Assembly: GCA_018607135.1 (NCBI GenBank)
Contig: JABBCA010000091.1
Coordinates: 26,798-90,797, forward strand
Length of the DNA stretch: 64,000 nt
Source: Opitutales bacterium
GTDB lineage: Bacteria; Verrucomicrobiota; Verrucomicrobiia; Opitutales; Coraliomargaritaceae
Direction: 5' to 3'
Numbering within the stretch: position 1 is the stretch's first letter; each line of letters begins with the position of its first letter. A model generated the notes under the pieces. The model was not told where the DNA came from. It made no database searches and saw only the letters and a list, made by a program, of their open reading frames with translations. Below, in pieces: positions 48,721 to 58,197 of the stretch. The position numbers and the translations under genes are program-made.

Positions 48721-48752
48721 AAACTTCGAAGGACTTCATACGATAATTCGCT

Positions 48753-48971
48753 ATGATTAAACAAGGCACAATAGTTGAATGGAAGTGGGGTAATGGCACT
48801 GCGACAGGAACAGTAGACGAAACACACCATGAGCAAATAACTCGCACGATTAATGGCAACGAGGTAACTCGTAAGGGTTCTAAAGACAACCCTGCTTACG
48901 TCATCAAACAAGAGGATGGCACCACCGTCTTGAAGTTACAAAGCGAAGTCAGTAGAGCAGATACCGCTTGA
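48753..48971 (+). CDS. DUF2945 (HVA/Tudor-like) small protein
   Basis: 72 aa. GTIVEWKWGNGTATGTV is the typical N-terminus of this family. Confidence 0.7.
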   Translation: MIKQGTIVEWKWGNGTATGTVDETHHEQITRTINGNEVTRKGSKDNPAYVIKQEDGTTVLKLQSEVSRADTA

Positions 48972-48978
48972 ATCGAGT

Positions 48979-49959
48979 ATGCTGATCTATACTTCAGATC
49001 AAATGCCAGGTATCTCACGAAAAGGTGCAGGCAAGGGCTTTTTTTATTTAGATTCAAACGGAGCTAAGATCAATGATTCGACAATCATTCGCCGCATACA
49101 ATCACTCGCCATCCCCCCGGCTTATTCTGATGTATGGGTTTGTGAGTTCGAAAACGGCCATCTCCAAGCAACCGGCCGTGATCAACGAAACCGCAAGCAG
49201 TATCGCTACCACCCTGACTGGCAAGAGATACGTAATCTCGACAAATTCGACAAACTTATTGAGATTGGCACTGGACTGCCAAAGCTGCGCCGGCGACTGC
49301 GCAAAGACCTCAAAAATTTCTCTGGCACGAAGGATGAAGTGGTGGCCAGTGCTGTCAGGATTATTGACCGGCTTGGACTACGCGTAGGTAATCAGCGCTA
49401 CCTCAAAGAAAACAAAACACGTGGGGTGAGCACGCTCTCGACTGACAACGTTGAATTTTCTTCGGGGTCTACCATCAAAATTCAATACACAGCCAAAGGG
49501 GGCAGGGCGGTCCAAACACATTTAAACGACTCGCTCTTAGCAGATGCGCTCGAAGCGTGTCACGAACTGGGCGGGCAAGGGTTATTTTCGTATCAAGATA
49601 CACCTGGAAATATCCACTCTATCGATTCTGCAGATATCAATCGTTATCTAAGCGACACGTATGAGAGCAACATTAGCGCGAAAGACTTGCGCACATGGCG
49701 CGCCTCATCTGAAGCGGTCAATTACCTTAGAAAAATAAAGCAACCCAAAGACCGCGAAGCTGAGATCCGCGAAGCGATACGGCACGCCGCGAAAGAGATC
49801 AAAAACCGCTACGCAACGTGCCGAAAACATTACGTGCACCCAGTGATTTTGAGCACCTACGAGAACAGCAGTAAAGCGGGTTTTTCCAGACTCAAGACTG
49901 AGTCGCAGTCGGAGCTGCAATTGGCCGAAGCATTGCTTTTGCGGCTTCTGCAAACTTAA
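48979..49959 (+). CDS. DNA topoisomerase IB (poxvirus-like bacterial type)
   Basis: 326 aa with IPPAYSDVWVC, GRDQRNRKQYRYH and the catalytic Tyr context RKHYVHP. Confidence 0.85.
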   Translation: MLIYTSDQMPGISRKGAGKGFFYLDSNGAKINDSTIIRRIQSLAIPPAYSDVWVCEFENGHLQATGRDQRNRKQYRYHPDWQEIRNLDKFDKLIEIGTGLPKLRRRLRKDLKNFSGTKDEVVASAVRIIDRLGLRVGNQRYLKENKTRGVSTLSTDNVEFSSGSTIKIQYTAKGGRAVQTHLNDSLLADALEACHELGGQGLFSYQDTPGNIHSIDSADINRYLSDTYESNISAKDLRTWRASSEAVNYLRKIKQPKDREAEIREAIRHAAKEIKNRYATCRKHYVHPVILSTYENSSKAGFSRLKTESQSELQLAEALLLRLLQT

Positions 49960-50150
49960 GGGTGCCATTACTTAAAAAATAGGCCACGAGTGTTTTTAGC
50001 GTAGCATTTCAAGCGGTTTGCTGGGCAAGTTGCGCGCTTCAATCGGTGTCGTGTATCACCATCATGCCGCTTCGCAATCGAGTGCATGTGATTTTCATGC
50101 TAAAACACGTTTTCCGGAGGTCAAAAAAGTCGGCGGGTCGGGCCAGCAGG

Positions 50151-50551
50151 TTACACTATGGAAGTGCTTGATTGCCCCAGCGGGTTTTGGGCGAAGGCGA
50201 GCGCTTTAACCGGCTGGCCGCCAATCAATTGCTCCTGTATAATTTGTTCCAACGCCTCGGGGTGCAGGAATGATACCAGGTGCCCTCAGGGTAAACCACC
50301 GCGATTGGACCCCGAGTGCAGACCTGAAGGCAATTCGCGCTGGAGCGATACACCAAAGCCCCGGGTCCAGTGAGCTTAAGCTCTTTTAAGCGGCACTTTA
50401 AATACTCCCAAGAGGCAAGGCTTTGACCAGTCGCACAGCATTATGGCTTCGTTGCATCCGCGCACAAATAGATGTGGCGTTTGCAGCGCCGCAAGCCAAG
50501 TGCCTCAGCGTTCTTCTTTAGCTCAGTTGGAATTTCGTGCGAAGAACTCAT
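50151..50551 (-). pseudogene. Thioredoxin-like [2Fe-2S] ferredoxin gene disrupted by an in-frame TAA and a 1-nt frameshift
   Basis: My own translation from ATG 50551 is [57 protein letters not shown]...[27 protein letters not shown]. Only after a frame shift in the CCCC run near 50245 does it continue [20 protein letters not shown]. Confidence 0.65.
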
Positions 50552-50594
50552 ACAAGTAATATCCTAGTAAATGTTCCAAACTGCGCATTGCGGC

Positions 50595-50837
50595 TCAGCC
50601 TTCCTTTGACGCCTGTGTAGCATAATAAGGTTCAAGTGTCTCCAAGTGGCCTTGCACGATCTTGGCGATTGCTTCGGCGGGTAGCTCGCCTTTATGCAGT
50701 TCGAAAATAGCGACCAAAAGCGACAGTTCGATATCCATTTTCTTGGGAGTTGTCGCCTTCATCTCCGCTAAGATTTCGAGCGCCTTGGTCTCCGCTTTTT
50801 TATAATATTTAAAGTTTTCTTCAGTCGGTGTAGCCAT
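50595..50837 (-). CDS. Hypothetical small protein
   Basis: 80-aa ORF from the ATG at 50837 (the track uses TTG at 50852). No family recognised. Confidence 0.45.
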   Translation of the reverse strand: MATPTEENFKYYKKAETKALEILAEMKATTPKKMDIELSLLVAIFELHKGELPAEAIAKIVQGHLETLEPYYATQASKEG

Positions 50838-51108
50838 GGCTTTAAGGATCAACCAACGACTCTTTTAGTCAAGCGACTAGGAGAGGGGGCTTAAAATAGC
50901 ATACTTGGCGTATGAATTTTATATAACTAATCGCCCTTGTTCATTTCATTTTTGGTCGATCGATGCATTCATGAACAGTCACCACGAAAGGAGACTAATG
51001 AAACAAGACAATCCATCCTTAGATAATGTTTTTTTGTGTGGTGTTATAAGAGCGGCTCTTACAAACTATAGCTTTTACAAATGCTATGGAAATTAACTAA
51101 AACAAAAG

Positions 51109-52512
51109 ATGAGTCCCAGGAATTACTTGTTGCACACGCTAATGGTAGCTTCGTGTATCCTATCGCCCGCATCTACCCTTGGTGATGAAGAGCAAAACCA
51201 TACTGAGAAAACAGAAATGCGTAATGCTCGCATGGAGTGGTGGCGAGAAGCGCGATTTGGTATGTTCGTTCATTGGGGCCTATATTCCGGTTTAGCTGGG
51301 ACTTGGCAGGGTGAAAAAGTCGTAAGCGCTGGAGCCGAATGGATTCAGCAAAGAGCTAGGGCGGATACATGGATCTATGCTCACGAGGCGGTGCCGCATT
51401 TTCGACCCACTCTGGACTTTGCGAAAGAATGGGCGAAGTTAGCTAAGCAGGCGGGCTGTAAATACGTGGTGTTCACCACGAAGCACCATGATGGATTCAG
51501 CCTCCACGATTCCAGTATTACAACGTATGACGCGCAGGATTTAATTGGCCGAGATCTTTGTAAGGAGATCACAGAGGCCTGCAAGGCGGAGGGCCTAAAG
51601 GTTGGCTTCTACCACTCGGTTATCGACTGGCACCATCCTCAGTATGACTATGTCACTGGCAGAAGCCTCCCACATCCGCTGTCAAAGAAGCCGTCTCCAA
51701 ATGGTCCTCGCAATCATGAGCTCTACATCGACTATCTGCATCACCAAGCTAAGGAATTGATGTCGAATTACGGCACCGTGGACATCGTCTGGTGGGACTA
51801 CTCAAAGAATGAGGCTGCGGGGTCCTTCTGGCGTGCCGACGACTTGATGGCCATGGTCCGCGAGCATCAACCTAATATTGTCAGTAACAATCGTCTTTAT
51901 CACAGCTTCAAAATTAAAGAAGCCGATGAGCGGTTGAAGGCTTGGAAGCCCGAACAGGGTGACTTCACTACCCCCGAGCAACATATTCCTTCCACTGGAT
52001 TACCGGGGGTAGACTGGGAGGTCTGCATGACCATGAACACGACTTGGGGATACAGCGAACATGACCAGACGTGGAAGTCCGATGAAGTGCTCATCCAAAA
52101 CCTAGTCGATATCGTATCGAAGGGGGGCAACTACTTGTTGAATATCGGGCCCAAGGGCGACGGAAGCATACCAGAAGCCAGTATCCAGTCGATGGCAAGC
52201 ATTGGGCGTTGGATGGAGGTAAATGGTGAAAGCATCTATGGCACCACTGCCAGTCCTTTTGGGAAACCTGCTTGGGGAAGATATACGAAAACCCCCGAAA
52301 TTCTATATGCGCATGTATTCCAGTGGCCTGAAGACGGGAAATTAAGCATCACCGCAGAGGGTATTCAGGTATCACGAGCCTATCTACTCGCAGATAAAGA
52401 TCAAGATCTCCAATTTGAAATGACAACAGATGGCCCGCTTTTCAGTCTTCCAGAAAATGCACCAGACAATCAGGTCTCAGTGATCGCGATAGAACACGAA
52501 ATAACGAAATAA
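51109..52512 (+). CDS. Alpha-L-fucosidase, GH29
   Basis: 467 aa with a signal peptide, WWREARFGMFVHWGLYS and VVFTTKHHDGFSLHDS. Confidence 0.9.
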   Translation: MSPRNYLLHTLMVASCILSPASTLGDEEQNHTEKTEMRNARMEWWREARFGMFVHWGLYSGLAGTWQGEKVVSAGAEWIQQRARADTWIYAHEAVPHFRPTLDFAKEWAKLAKQAGCKYVVFTTKHHDGFSLHDSSITTYDAQDLIGRDLCKEITEACKAEGLKVGFYHSVIDWHHPQYDYVTGRSLPHPLSKKPSPNGPRNHELYIDYLHHQAKELMSNYGTVDIVWWDYSKNEAAGSFWRADDLMAMVREHQPNIVSNNRLYHSFKIKEADERLKAWKPEQGDFTTPEQHIPSTGLPGVDWEVCMTMNTTWGYSEHDQTWKSDEVLIQNLVDIVSKGGNYLLNIGPKGDGSIPEASIQSMASIGRWMEVNGESIYGTTASPFGKPAWGRYTKTPEILYAHVFQWPEDGKLSITAEGIQVSRAYLLADKDQDLQFEMTTDGPLFSLPENAPDNQVSVIAIEHEITK

Positions 52513-52513
52513 C

Positions 52514-53581
52514 ATGAAGAGGATCAACCGCTTAGTGACCATTGCGATGGCCCTTGCCTCAATTACGTTTGCTACGGGACAGCATCATGCAGAAAAAGCC
52601 ACGATGGAGGCTACCGCCTTATCACTGGAAGAGTGGCGCTCATTCAAATACGGTATGTTTATCCATTTCGGGATGGCGACCTATGCAAGCCGGCCGAATG
52701 AAAATCACCCTAAAAACGCCCAAGAACCATCCGCTCTATATGCACCTACGGATCTTGATGTGGATCAGTGGATACGCGTTGCGCGTGATTCTGGCATGAA
52801 TTACGCCGTGCTGACGGCAAAGCATTCGGCTGGTCATTGCTTATGGGACAGTAAGGTTCAATTTCGGGGTAAGGAATTTGATCACGACATTGCTACCAGT
52901 GGGAACAAAACAGATGTGGTTGCCGCATTCGTTGAGGCCTGCGAAAAGTATGCTGTCGCACCGGGACTCTATTGGTGCCTGTTCGACTGTCGGAATAATT
53001 CTGTAAGGCCAGGCCTGCAGTGGGAGAAGGGAGATCTTCCCGACGATTACTTCCAATTTACTCAGGAGCAGTTGGCGGAACTACTGAATAACTACCCCGA
53101 GGTAGAATACCTTTGGATAGATATTCCTCGTGCGGCCAGTCTGGAGGAGCGCACGGAAATTTACAACGGAATCAAGGAAATCAATCCAGCATGCGTCGTT
53201 CTTATGAACCATGGACTTGAAGAGGCTGCTAACGCTTCCATCGCCAACTATCAGGCGGCATGGCCCACGGATATACTGAATACAGAACGGCATCCATTGA
53301 ATGTGGGTCAATTTGAAACAAAACAGACTTGGGAGGGAGAAGAATACGAGCTGGGCTATGAACATTGCGATACAATCTGCAAAAAATGGTTCTGGTATGA
53401 GGGTGATCAACCTCGCCCAGTTGAAGACCTATATGCGCTCTACAAGCAAACTACTGAAGCTGGAGGCAACTTGCTTCTCAACGTCCCACCAGATCAGTCG
53501 GGGCGTATTCCAGACTATCATGTCAATGCCCTGATGGAGATCAAGATGCGGATCGATGCTAGCGTAAAGATATCCGAATAA
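52514..53581 (+). CDS. GH29-like alpha-L-fucosidase (shorter, divergent)
   Basis: 355 aa with a signal peptide, FKYGMFIHFGMATY and AVLTAKHSAGHCLWDS. Confidence 0.8.
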   Translation: MKRINRLVTIAMALASITFATGQHHAEKATMEATALSLEEWRSFKYGMFIHFGMATYASRPNENHPKNAQEPSALYAPTDLDVDQWIRVARDSGMNYAVLTAKHSAGHCLWDSKVQFRGKEFDHDIATSGNKTDVVAAFVEACEKYAVAPGLYWCLFDCRNNSVRPGLQWEKGDLPDDYFQFTQEQLAELLNNYPEVEYLWIDIPRAASLEERTEIYNGIKEINPACVVLMNHGLEEAANASIANYQAAWPTDILNTERHPLNVGQFETKQTWEGEEYELGYEHCDTICKKWFWYEGDQPRPVEDLYALYKQTTEAGGNLLLNVPPDQSGRIPDYHVNALMEIKMRIDASVKISE

Positions 53582-53591
53582 AAAGCCAGAC

Positions 53592-53789
53592 GCCTGGCCT
53601 AATGGTTCGATCACCGGGCTCAAGGCACGGGGCGGGCACACGATTGATTTAACCTGGAAAGACGGAGAGTTGACTCGTGCGGTGATTACACTTGGGCCCT
53701 CGCTGCTTAAACCAATTTACATTCAAGGGCGCCCAGCTCAACGTGATCCTCGGGGCACCGTAAGCTCGAACATGGCGAAGGCGATGTAA
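53592..53789 (+). pseudogene. C-terminal remnant (66 codons, no start) of a GH95-like glycoside hydrolase
   Basis: My own translation is AWPNGSITGLKARGGHTIDLTWKDGELTRAVITLGPS... This resembles, from memory, the conserved GH95 C-terminus (AWxxGSVKGLRARGGFxVDxxWKDGKL). It begins 11 nt after the GH29 stop. Confidence 0.6.
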
Positions 53790-54023
53790 CTCGAAAGATA
53801 CGGAGCCGTAGAAGGGGCAAAGATTATAGGGGTAAAATGTTGGTTCTTTCCAATTAGCAGTAGCTGATCTTGTTAACCATCTATTAGGGAACAAAGCCTA
53901 GTTACTTTCATGAGCGAGCTTGAGTAAGTGGAGATGTAGCTTTCAGATAGACAGTGTATCTCGCGAGCTGACTGAAAAGCGACACAGCCTGTAAGTTCCA
54001 AGTATCGATGCCGATACTTTAAC

Positions 54024-54578
54024 ATGTTCATTCGTGTAGTTAGTCTTTCTCTGTTACTGGTCGCAAATGTTGTGGCTGAATCTATGAAACCTCTTTTTCA
54101 GTTTACAGGTGAATCCCCGTCAAATCCATGGGTGGCCACGAATGATGGTGTAATGGGTGGCCTATCAAAGGGAGGTGCGATTCTGGTAGAGGAAGGCATG
54201 CTTTTTAGCGGCACCTTATCGCTTGAGAATAATGGTGGCTTTTCCTCGGTTTATGCGAGTGGTTCTTATGACTTGTCCGATCATCAAGGATTACGTTTCA
54301 GTGTTTTAGGTGACGGACGATCCTACGAGTTGCGATTGAACAGCGATGCCCTGTATCGTGCCGGTAGCCCAGTATCCTTTCGTCAGACTTTTGATACAGT
54401 CGAAGGTGAATGGATCGAAGTATTTGTGCCTTTCAATGAATTAAAACAAAGCTGGCGGGGTCGTGAGTTGAACGGCTACGCCCTAAACACTGCCGACATC
54501 CGTAGGATAGGATTAATGCTGGCAGATAAGCAACCCGGTAAGTTTGCTCTCAAGGTGCGTTGGGTAAGCGCTGAATAG
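54024..54578 (+). CDS. CIA30-domain protein, secreted
   Basis: 184 aa with a signal peptide. WVATNDGVMGGLS...NNGGFSS...RSYELRL is typical of CIA30 (NADH:ubiquinone oxidoreductase intermediate-associated protein 30). Confidence 0.75.
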   Translation: MFIRVVSLSLLLVANVVAESMKPLFQFTGESPSNPWVATNDGVMGGLSKGGAILVEEGMLFSGTLSLENNGGFSSVYASGSYDLSDHQGLRFSVLGDGRSYELRLNSDALYRAGSPVSFRQTFDTVEGEWIEVFVPFNELKQSWRGRELNGYALNTADIRRIGLMLADKQPGKFALKVRWVSAE

Positions 54579-54610
54579 TGCGAATGATAAAATAGAATCG
54601 AGGGTCGGCT

Positions 54611-55624
54611 TTAACGTTCGCGCCCTTCGACATCTGCCGTATTCTTTCCGAACAACTGCTCACTGACAGTATCAATCTCACTATAGCTTTCACCTGCAGA
54701 AAAACTAAGGTAGATGTAATAGGTGATGACTATGTAGAAACTGTTAAGGGTTCCAAGGAGTGTGGTGGTTAGATACTTAACCGTGCCAGGATCAATAGGT
54801 AGGTATTTGATCATGAAAATGTAGAGCAAGTAGTTGAAGGCAATGAAGCCTAGTAAATACGCCTACTGAAGAATGAAGATGCGTAAGGCGGCGCTATTTG
54901 TGATCTCGTTGCAGAGTGTAAGTGCCTTAATAGGATTTGCGCGCTCTGCAATGACAATGACTTCAACAAAGGCGTAACGTAAGGATAGGTAAAGAGTGAA
55001 GTAGGCGATTGCTGGTATGATTACTTGACCATACATCGGTATGATGTGCCCAAATTTCGAAGTGAAAAATGACATGATTAACGCAGGCATGAGTATAATG
55101 CATTGCGCGATGATTCTGCTAATTAATACGTTGTGTGAACGAGAGAACGTTGCGCATGCGATACTAGTGAACCTCGGGAAATGCCCGTGAGAGAGCGCGA
55201 GGCAGGTCGTGATACAGCAAGAAATCCATATAGATGCAGGTAGATAGGCAACACTCAAGGCTAAGCCATGGAGTAAGATGCTGCTCATGGCATTGTCATT
55301 CAGTCCAAGAAAGTCGTAAACGATCCAATAACCGCAACTTAACAAGGTCGTATCTAGACTAAATGTGTAAAAGAGATAGCTTGTTGGCAGCAGGAAAAAG
55401 ACTGAGAAGACCGTGAGGTAAAAACTGCTCTTTAAATACAGTCAAAATCCATGAACCAATGTGTAAAAAAAGTAACTCACATAAGGCAGCCTGCTTCGCT
55501 CGTTTCGGGTGACAATCCAGTATTCTAAGTATGCAGTATTTAGAATTAATAGCTCGGGTTGACGCCGATCTGAATGATTTTCTCTAGCGATTAAGTGGGG
55601 GAAGTGATCACAAATGCCTCCCAT
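54611..55624 (-). pseudogene. Membrane-protein gene interrupted by in-frame stops (TAG at 54863-54865; possibly also TGA at 55442-55444)
   Basis: The track ORFs 54611-54829, 54863-55345 and 55442-55624 are all in one frame (checked by counting). The hydrophobic sequence continues across the TAG (...RIFILQ*AYLLGFIAFNYLLYIF...). The region is AT-rich. Confidence 0.5.
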
Positions 55625-55846
55625 TTTATTATCTTATGAGTTGAAGCGAGATTGAAGTCTCTTGCAGTAGGCATCGGGCAAGCACTGTTATTGGGATGGT
55701 TAACTTTATAATTTTGTAAAATTGATACTATTAACATTATGTATCTTGACAAGGCTTTCACGATGCTGGATCACACTAAACTTCTACCTCTTATCTAAAA
55801 CTACCTGTGATTGATTAAGTGGCACTATACCCCCACTACCTCCACG

Positions 55847-58012
55847 ATGAAATACCCCTTTACGTCGTTTTTGTGCCATAAGCGTATGGCAAGTTCTTCC
55901 GCTGAACTGTCCTTAGTCGCTACAAAAATTGTTCAACTCTTACCAGTTTTAGGGTGTTTAATAGCATTTACTGGCTTACACACGACGGCCTATGGTCAGG
56001 TCAACTACGCTGCATTGTCTGCTCAAGTCGACAGTCTGGGAAGCACGTATCAAAATGCTCCGTTCGTGCGTAATACGACAAATGGTGCTCAGACCACCAT
56101 CCAAGCAGGCCAAACCAAGACGATTTACTACGATTCGATTCAGTATAACAACTCGATTACGCGTGTGTATGCTTGGATCGGGATTCCACAAGGAGCAAGT
56201 GCATCTGACAAGGTTCCTGGAATTGTTTTGGTGCATGGAGGTGGTGGCACCGCTTATAAGAGTTGGGTAGATAAATGGGTCAGTCAGGGGTATGCAGCCA
56301 TTTCGATCGCTGTGGAAGGTCAAACGGACGCTCGATCTGAAGCTGATGGGTGGGTGAAACACGCTTGGGCAGGGCCATCGCGAGATCGCATCTATTCAGA
56401 CTCCAATTTACCGCTTAATGAGCAATGGATGTATCATTCAGTGGTCGATACGATACTAGCAAACTCATTGATGCATTCCTTGAATATGGTTGATTCCGAA
56501 AAGATCGGAATCATGGGCATTTCTTGGGGTGGGGTGATCACCGCGACTACCATTGGTGTAGATGATCGTTTTACATTTGCAATTTCTGCCTATGGTTGCG
56601 GGGCACAGACGCAGGAGCGAGGTGTGTGGGCTAAGCCCAGTCGATGGGCTAGAAAACTTGGTAATAATGAAATGTATAAGCAAGTATGGGATCCGTTATT
56701 GCGGATGGATCGCATTTCGATTCCAACAATGTGGTTCTCATCACCCACGGACGAGAACTTTCCCATTTCACGACAAGCGATGACCTATCGTGCGTCTCCA
56801 GGGCCTCGACTGGTAGCCTTGAAGCATGGTATGCGGCATAATCATGCTGCGGCTTGGGATCCTGGCGATACATATGCCTTTGCTGACAGCGTTATCGCGA
56901 ATCAAGAACCTTGGTGTGATTTAGTCGATTTTAAGCTAAATTCAAATGTAGCTCGTGCTAAGTTTCGCACCGAAAAATCCATAACGAGTGCTACAATTGT
57001 TTATTCAACCGACGATATTTCAAAACTGGAGACAGAAATGACGTGGCTTCAAACCAGTGACAATGTCAGTTTATCCAGTAGTGGTGGCTATGCGGATGTT
57101 GTGGCCACTTTACCCGCAGGCACGACGGCTTGGTATCTAAATGTTTTTGCCGCAGAATTGGTTGCGAGCACTGGGTTTCAGTGGGCGAACGGCGATGATC
57201 TCTTACCTTATGAGAAAATCAATTACGGGGCTCTACTGAATGCTGATTTTGCAGCTGTCGGTGTTGGTGAAAGTGTTATATTTACCCCGAGGCCAAATTT
57301 AAGTGGAACCTGGTCGTGGTCTGGCCCGAATGGTTTTGTCAAAAATTCTAGAAATGCACGACTGGATAATATTCAAATTCAGGATGCCGGAGACTATATC
57401 GTTACTTATCAAGATAGTTTAGGGAATATCAGTCGTGACACATATTCACTTGAAGTCACCGGTTCACAAGACGTTGGGAATGTGCCATTGCCTGGTAGTT
57501 CTTCTTTCAACAACGGTGTGTTTACACTACAAGGGGCTGGAGTTGATTTCAGACGTGGCAGCGATAAAATTCATTTTTATCACCAAAGCTTAAGTGGAGA
57601 TGGTGAAATGATTGCACGAGTCACCAGTGTGGAGAATACGAGTTCATGGGCCAAAGGTGGTGTCATGATTCGCGATAGTCTCGCTGCGAACTCTAATTTT
57701 GCGATGGTGATGCAAAAAAACGATAACCGAGTTGCATTTCAGTTTCGGAAGACAGTCGGTGCTGCCTCTGATTTCAGTAACTGGTTACAAGGCGGCACTG
57801 GAAGTATTAAGTATGTGCGCATACGACGTGTCGGTGACACCTTTCGGGGGTTTTACTCAACGGTGAGCGAGAGTGGCCCTTGGGTTGAACTCGGAGCTGC
57901 GCAGACAATTTCAATGGGGCAGGATGTGTATATCGGACTAGCGGTGAATTCGCATTCCAATACAAATTTTTCCACCGCGACTTTTGATTCTGTTTCGATC
58001 ATCGAGTATTAA
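55847..58012 (+). CDS. Secreted alpha/beta-hydrolase (acetyl-xylan-esterase/dienelactone-hydrolase-like) fused to an Ig-like domain and a C-terminal concanavalin/LamG-like domain
   Basis: It has VLVHGGGGTA and the nucleophile elbow GISWGG. The Ig-like segment is IQIQDAGDYIVTY. The start is taken as ATG 55847, with 55886 as an alternative. Confidence 0.75.
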   Translation: MKYPFTSFLCHKRMASSSAELSLVATKIVQLLPVLGCLIAFTGLHTTAYGQVNYAALSAQVDSLGSTYQNAPFVRNTTNGAQTTIQAGQTKTIYYDSIQYNNSITRVYAWIGIPQGASASDKVPGIVLVHGGGGTAYKSWVDKWVSQGYAAISIAVEGQTDARSEADGWVKHAWAGPSRDRIYSDSNLPLNEQWMYHSVVDTILANSLMHSLNMVDSEKIGIMGISWGGVITATTIGVDDRFTFAISAYGCGAQTQERGVWAKPSRWARKLGNNEMYKQVWDPLLRMDRISIPTMWFSSPTDENFPISRQAMTYRASPGPRLVALKHGMRHNHAAAWDPGDTYAFADSVIANQEPWCDLVDFKLNSNVARAKFRTEKSITSATIVYSTDDISKLETEMTWLQTSDNVSLSSSGGYADVVATLPAGTTAWYLNVFAAELVASTGFQWANGDDLLPYEKINYGALLNADFAAVGVGESVIFTPRPNLSGTWSWSGPNGFVKNSRNARLDNIQIQDAGDYIVTYQDSLGNISRDTYSLEVTGSQDVGNVPLPGSSSFNNGVFTLQGAGVDFRRGSDKIHFYHQSLSGDGEMIARVTSVENTSSWAKGGVMIRDSLAANSNFAMVMQKNDNRVAFQFRKTVGAASDFSNWLQGGTGSIKYVRIRRVGDTFRGFYSTVSESGPWVELGAAQTISMGQDVYIGLAVNSHSNTNFSTATFDSVSIIEY

Positions 58013-58197
58013 ATGAGCATGGTAGAATCTCAACTGCGGCTTTCCCCAAAATTTTATTTCTGTATGCAATAATCAAAGCAACCCTGCTCGTCTGATTCTA
58101 AATGCGAACGCAACTTCAAGAGTCATCGAGTCTACAACGGATTTTCAATAAACGCATTCTCTGTAGATGTTGAAAAGTTAACCCCAAACAATACCTC

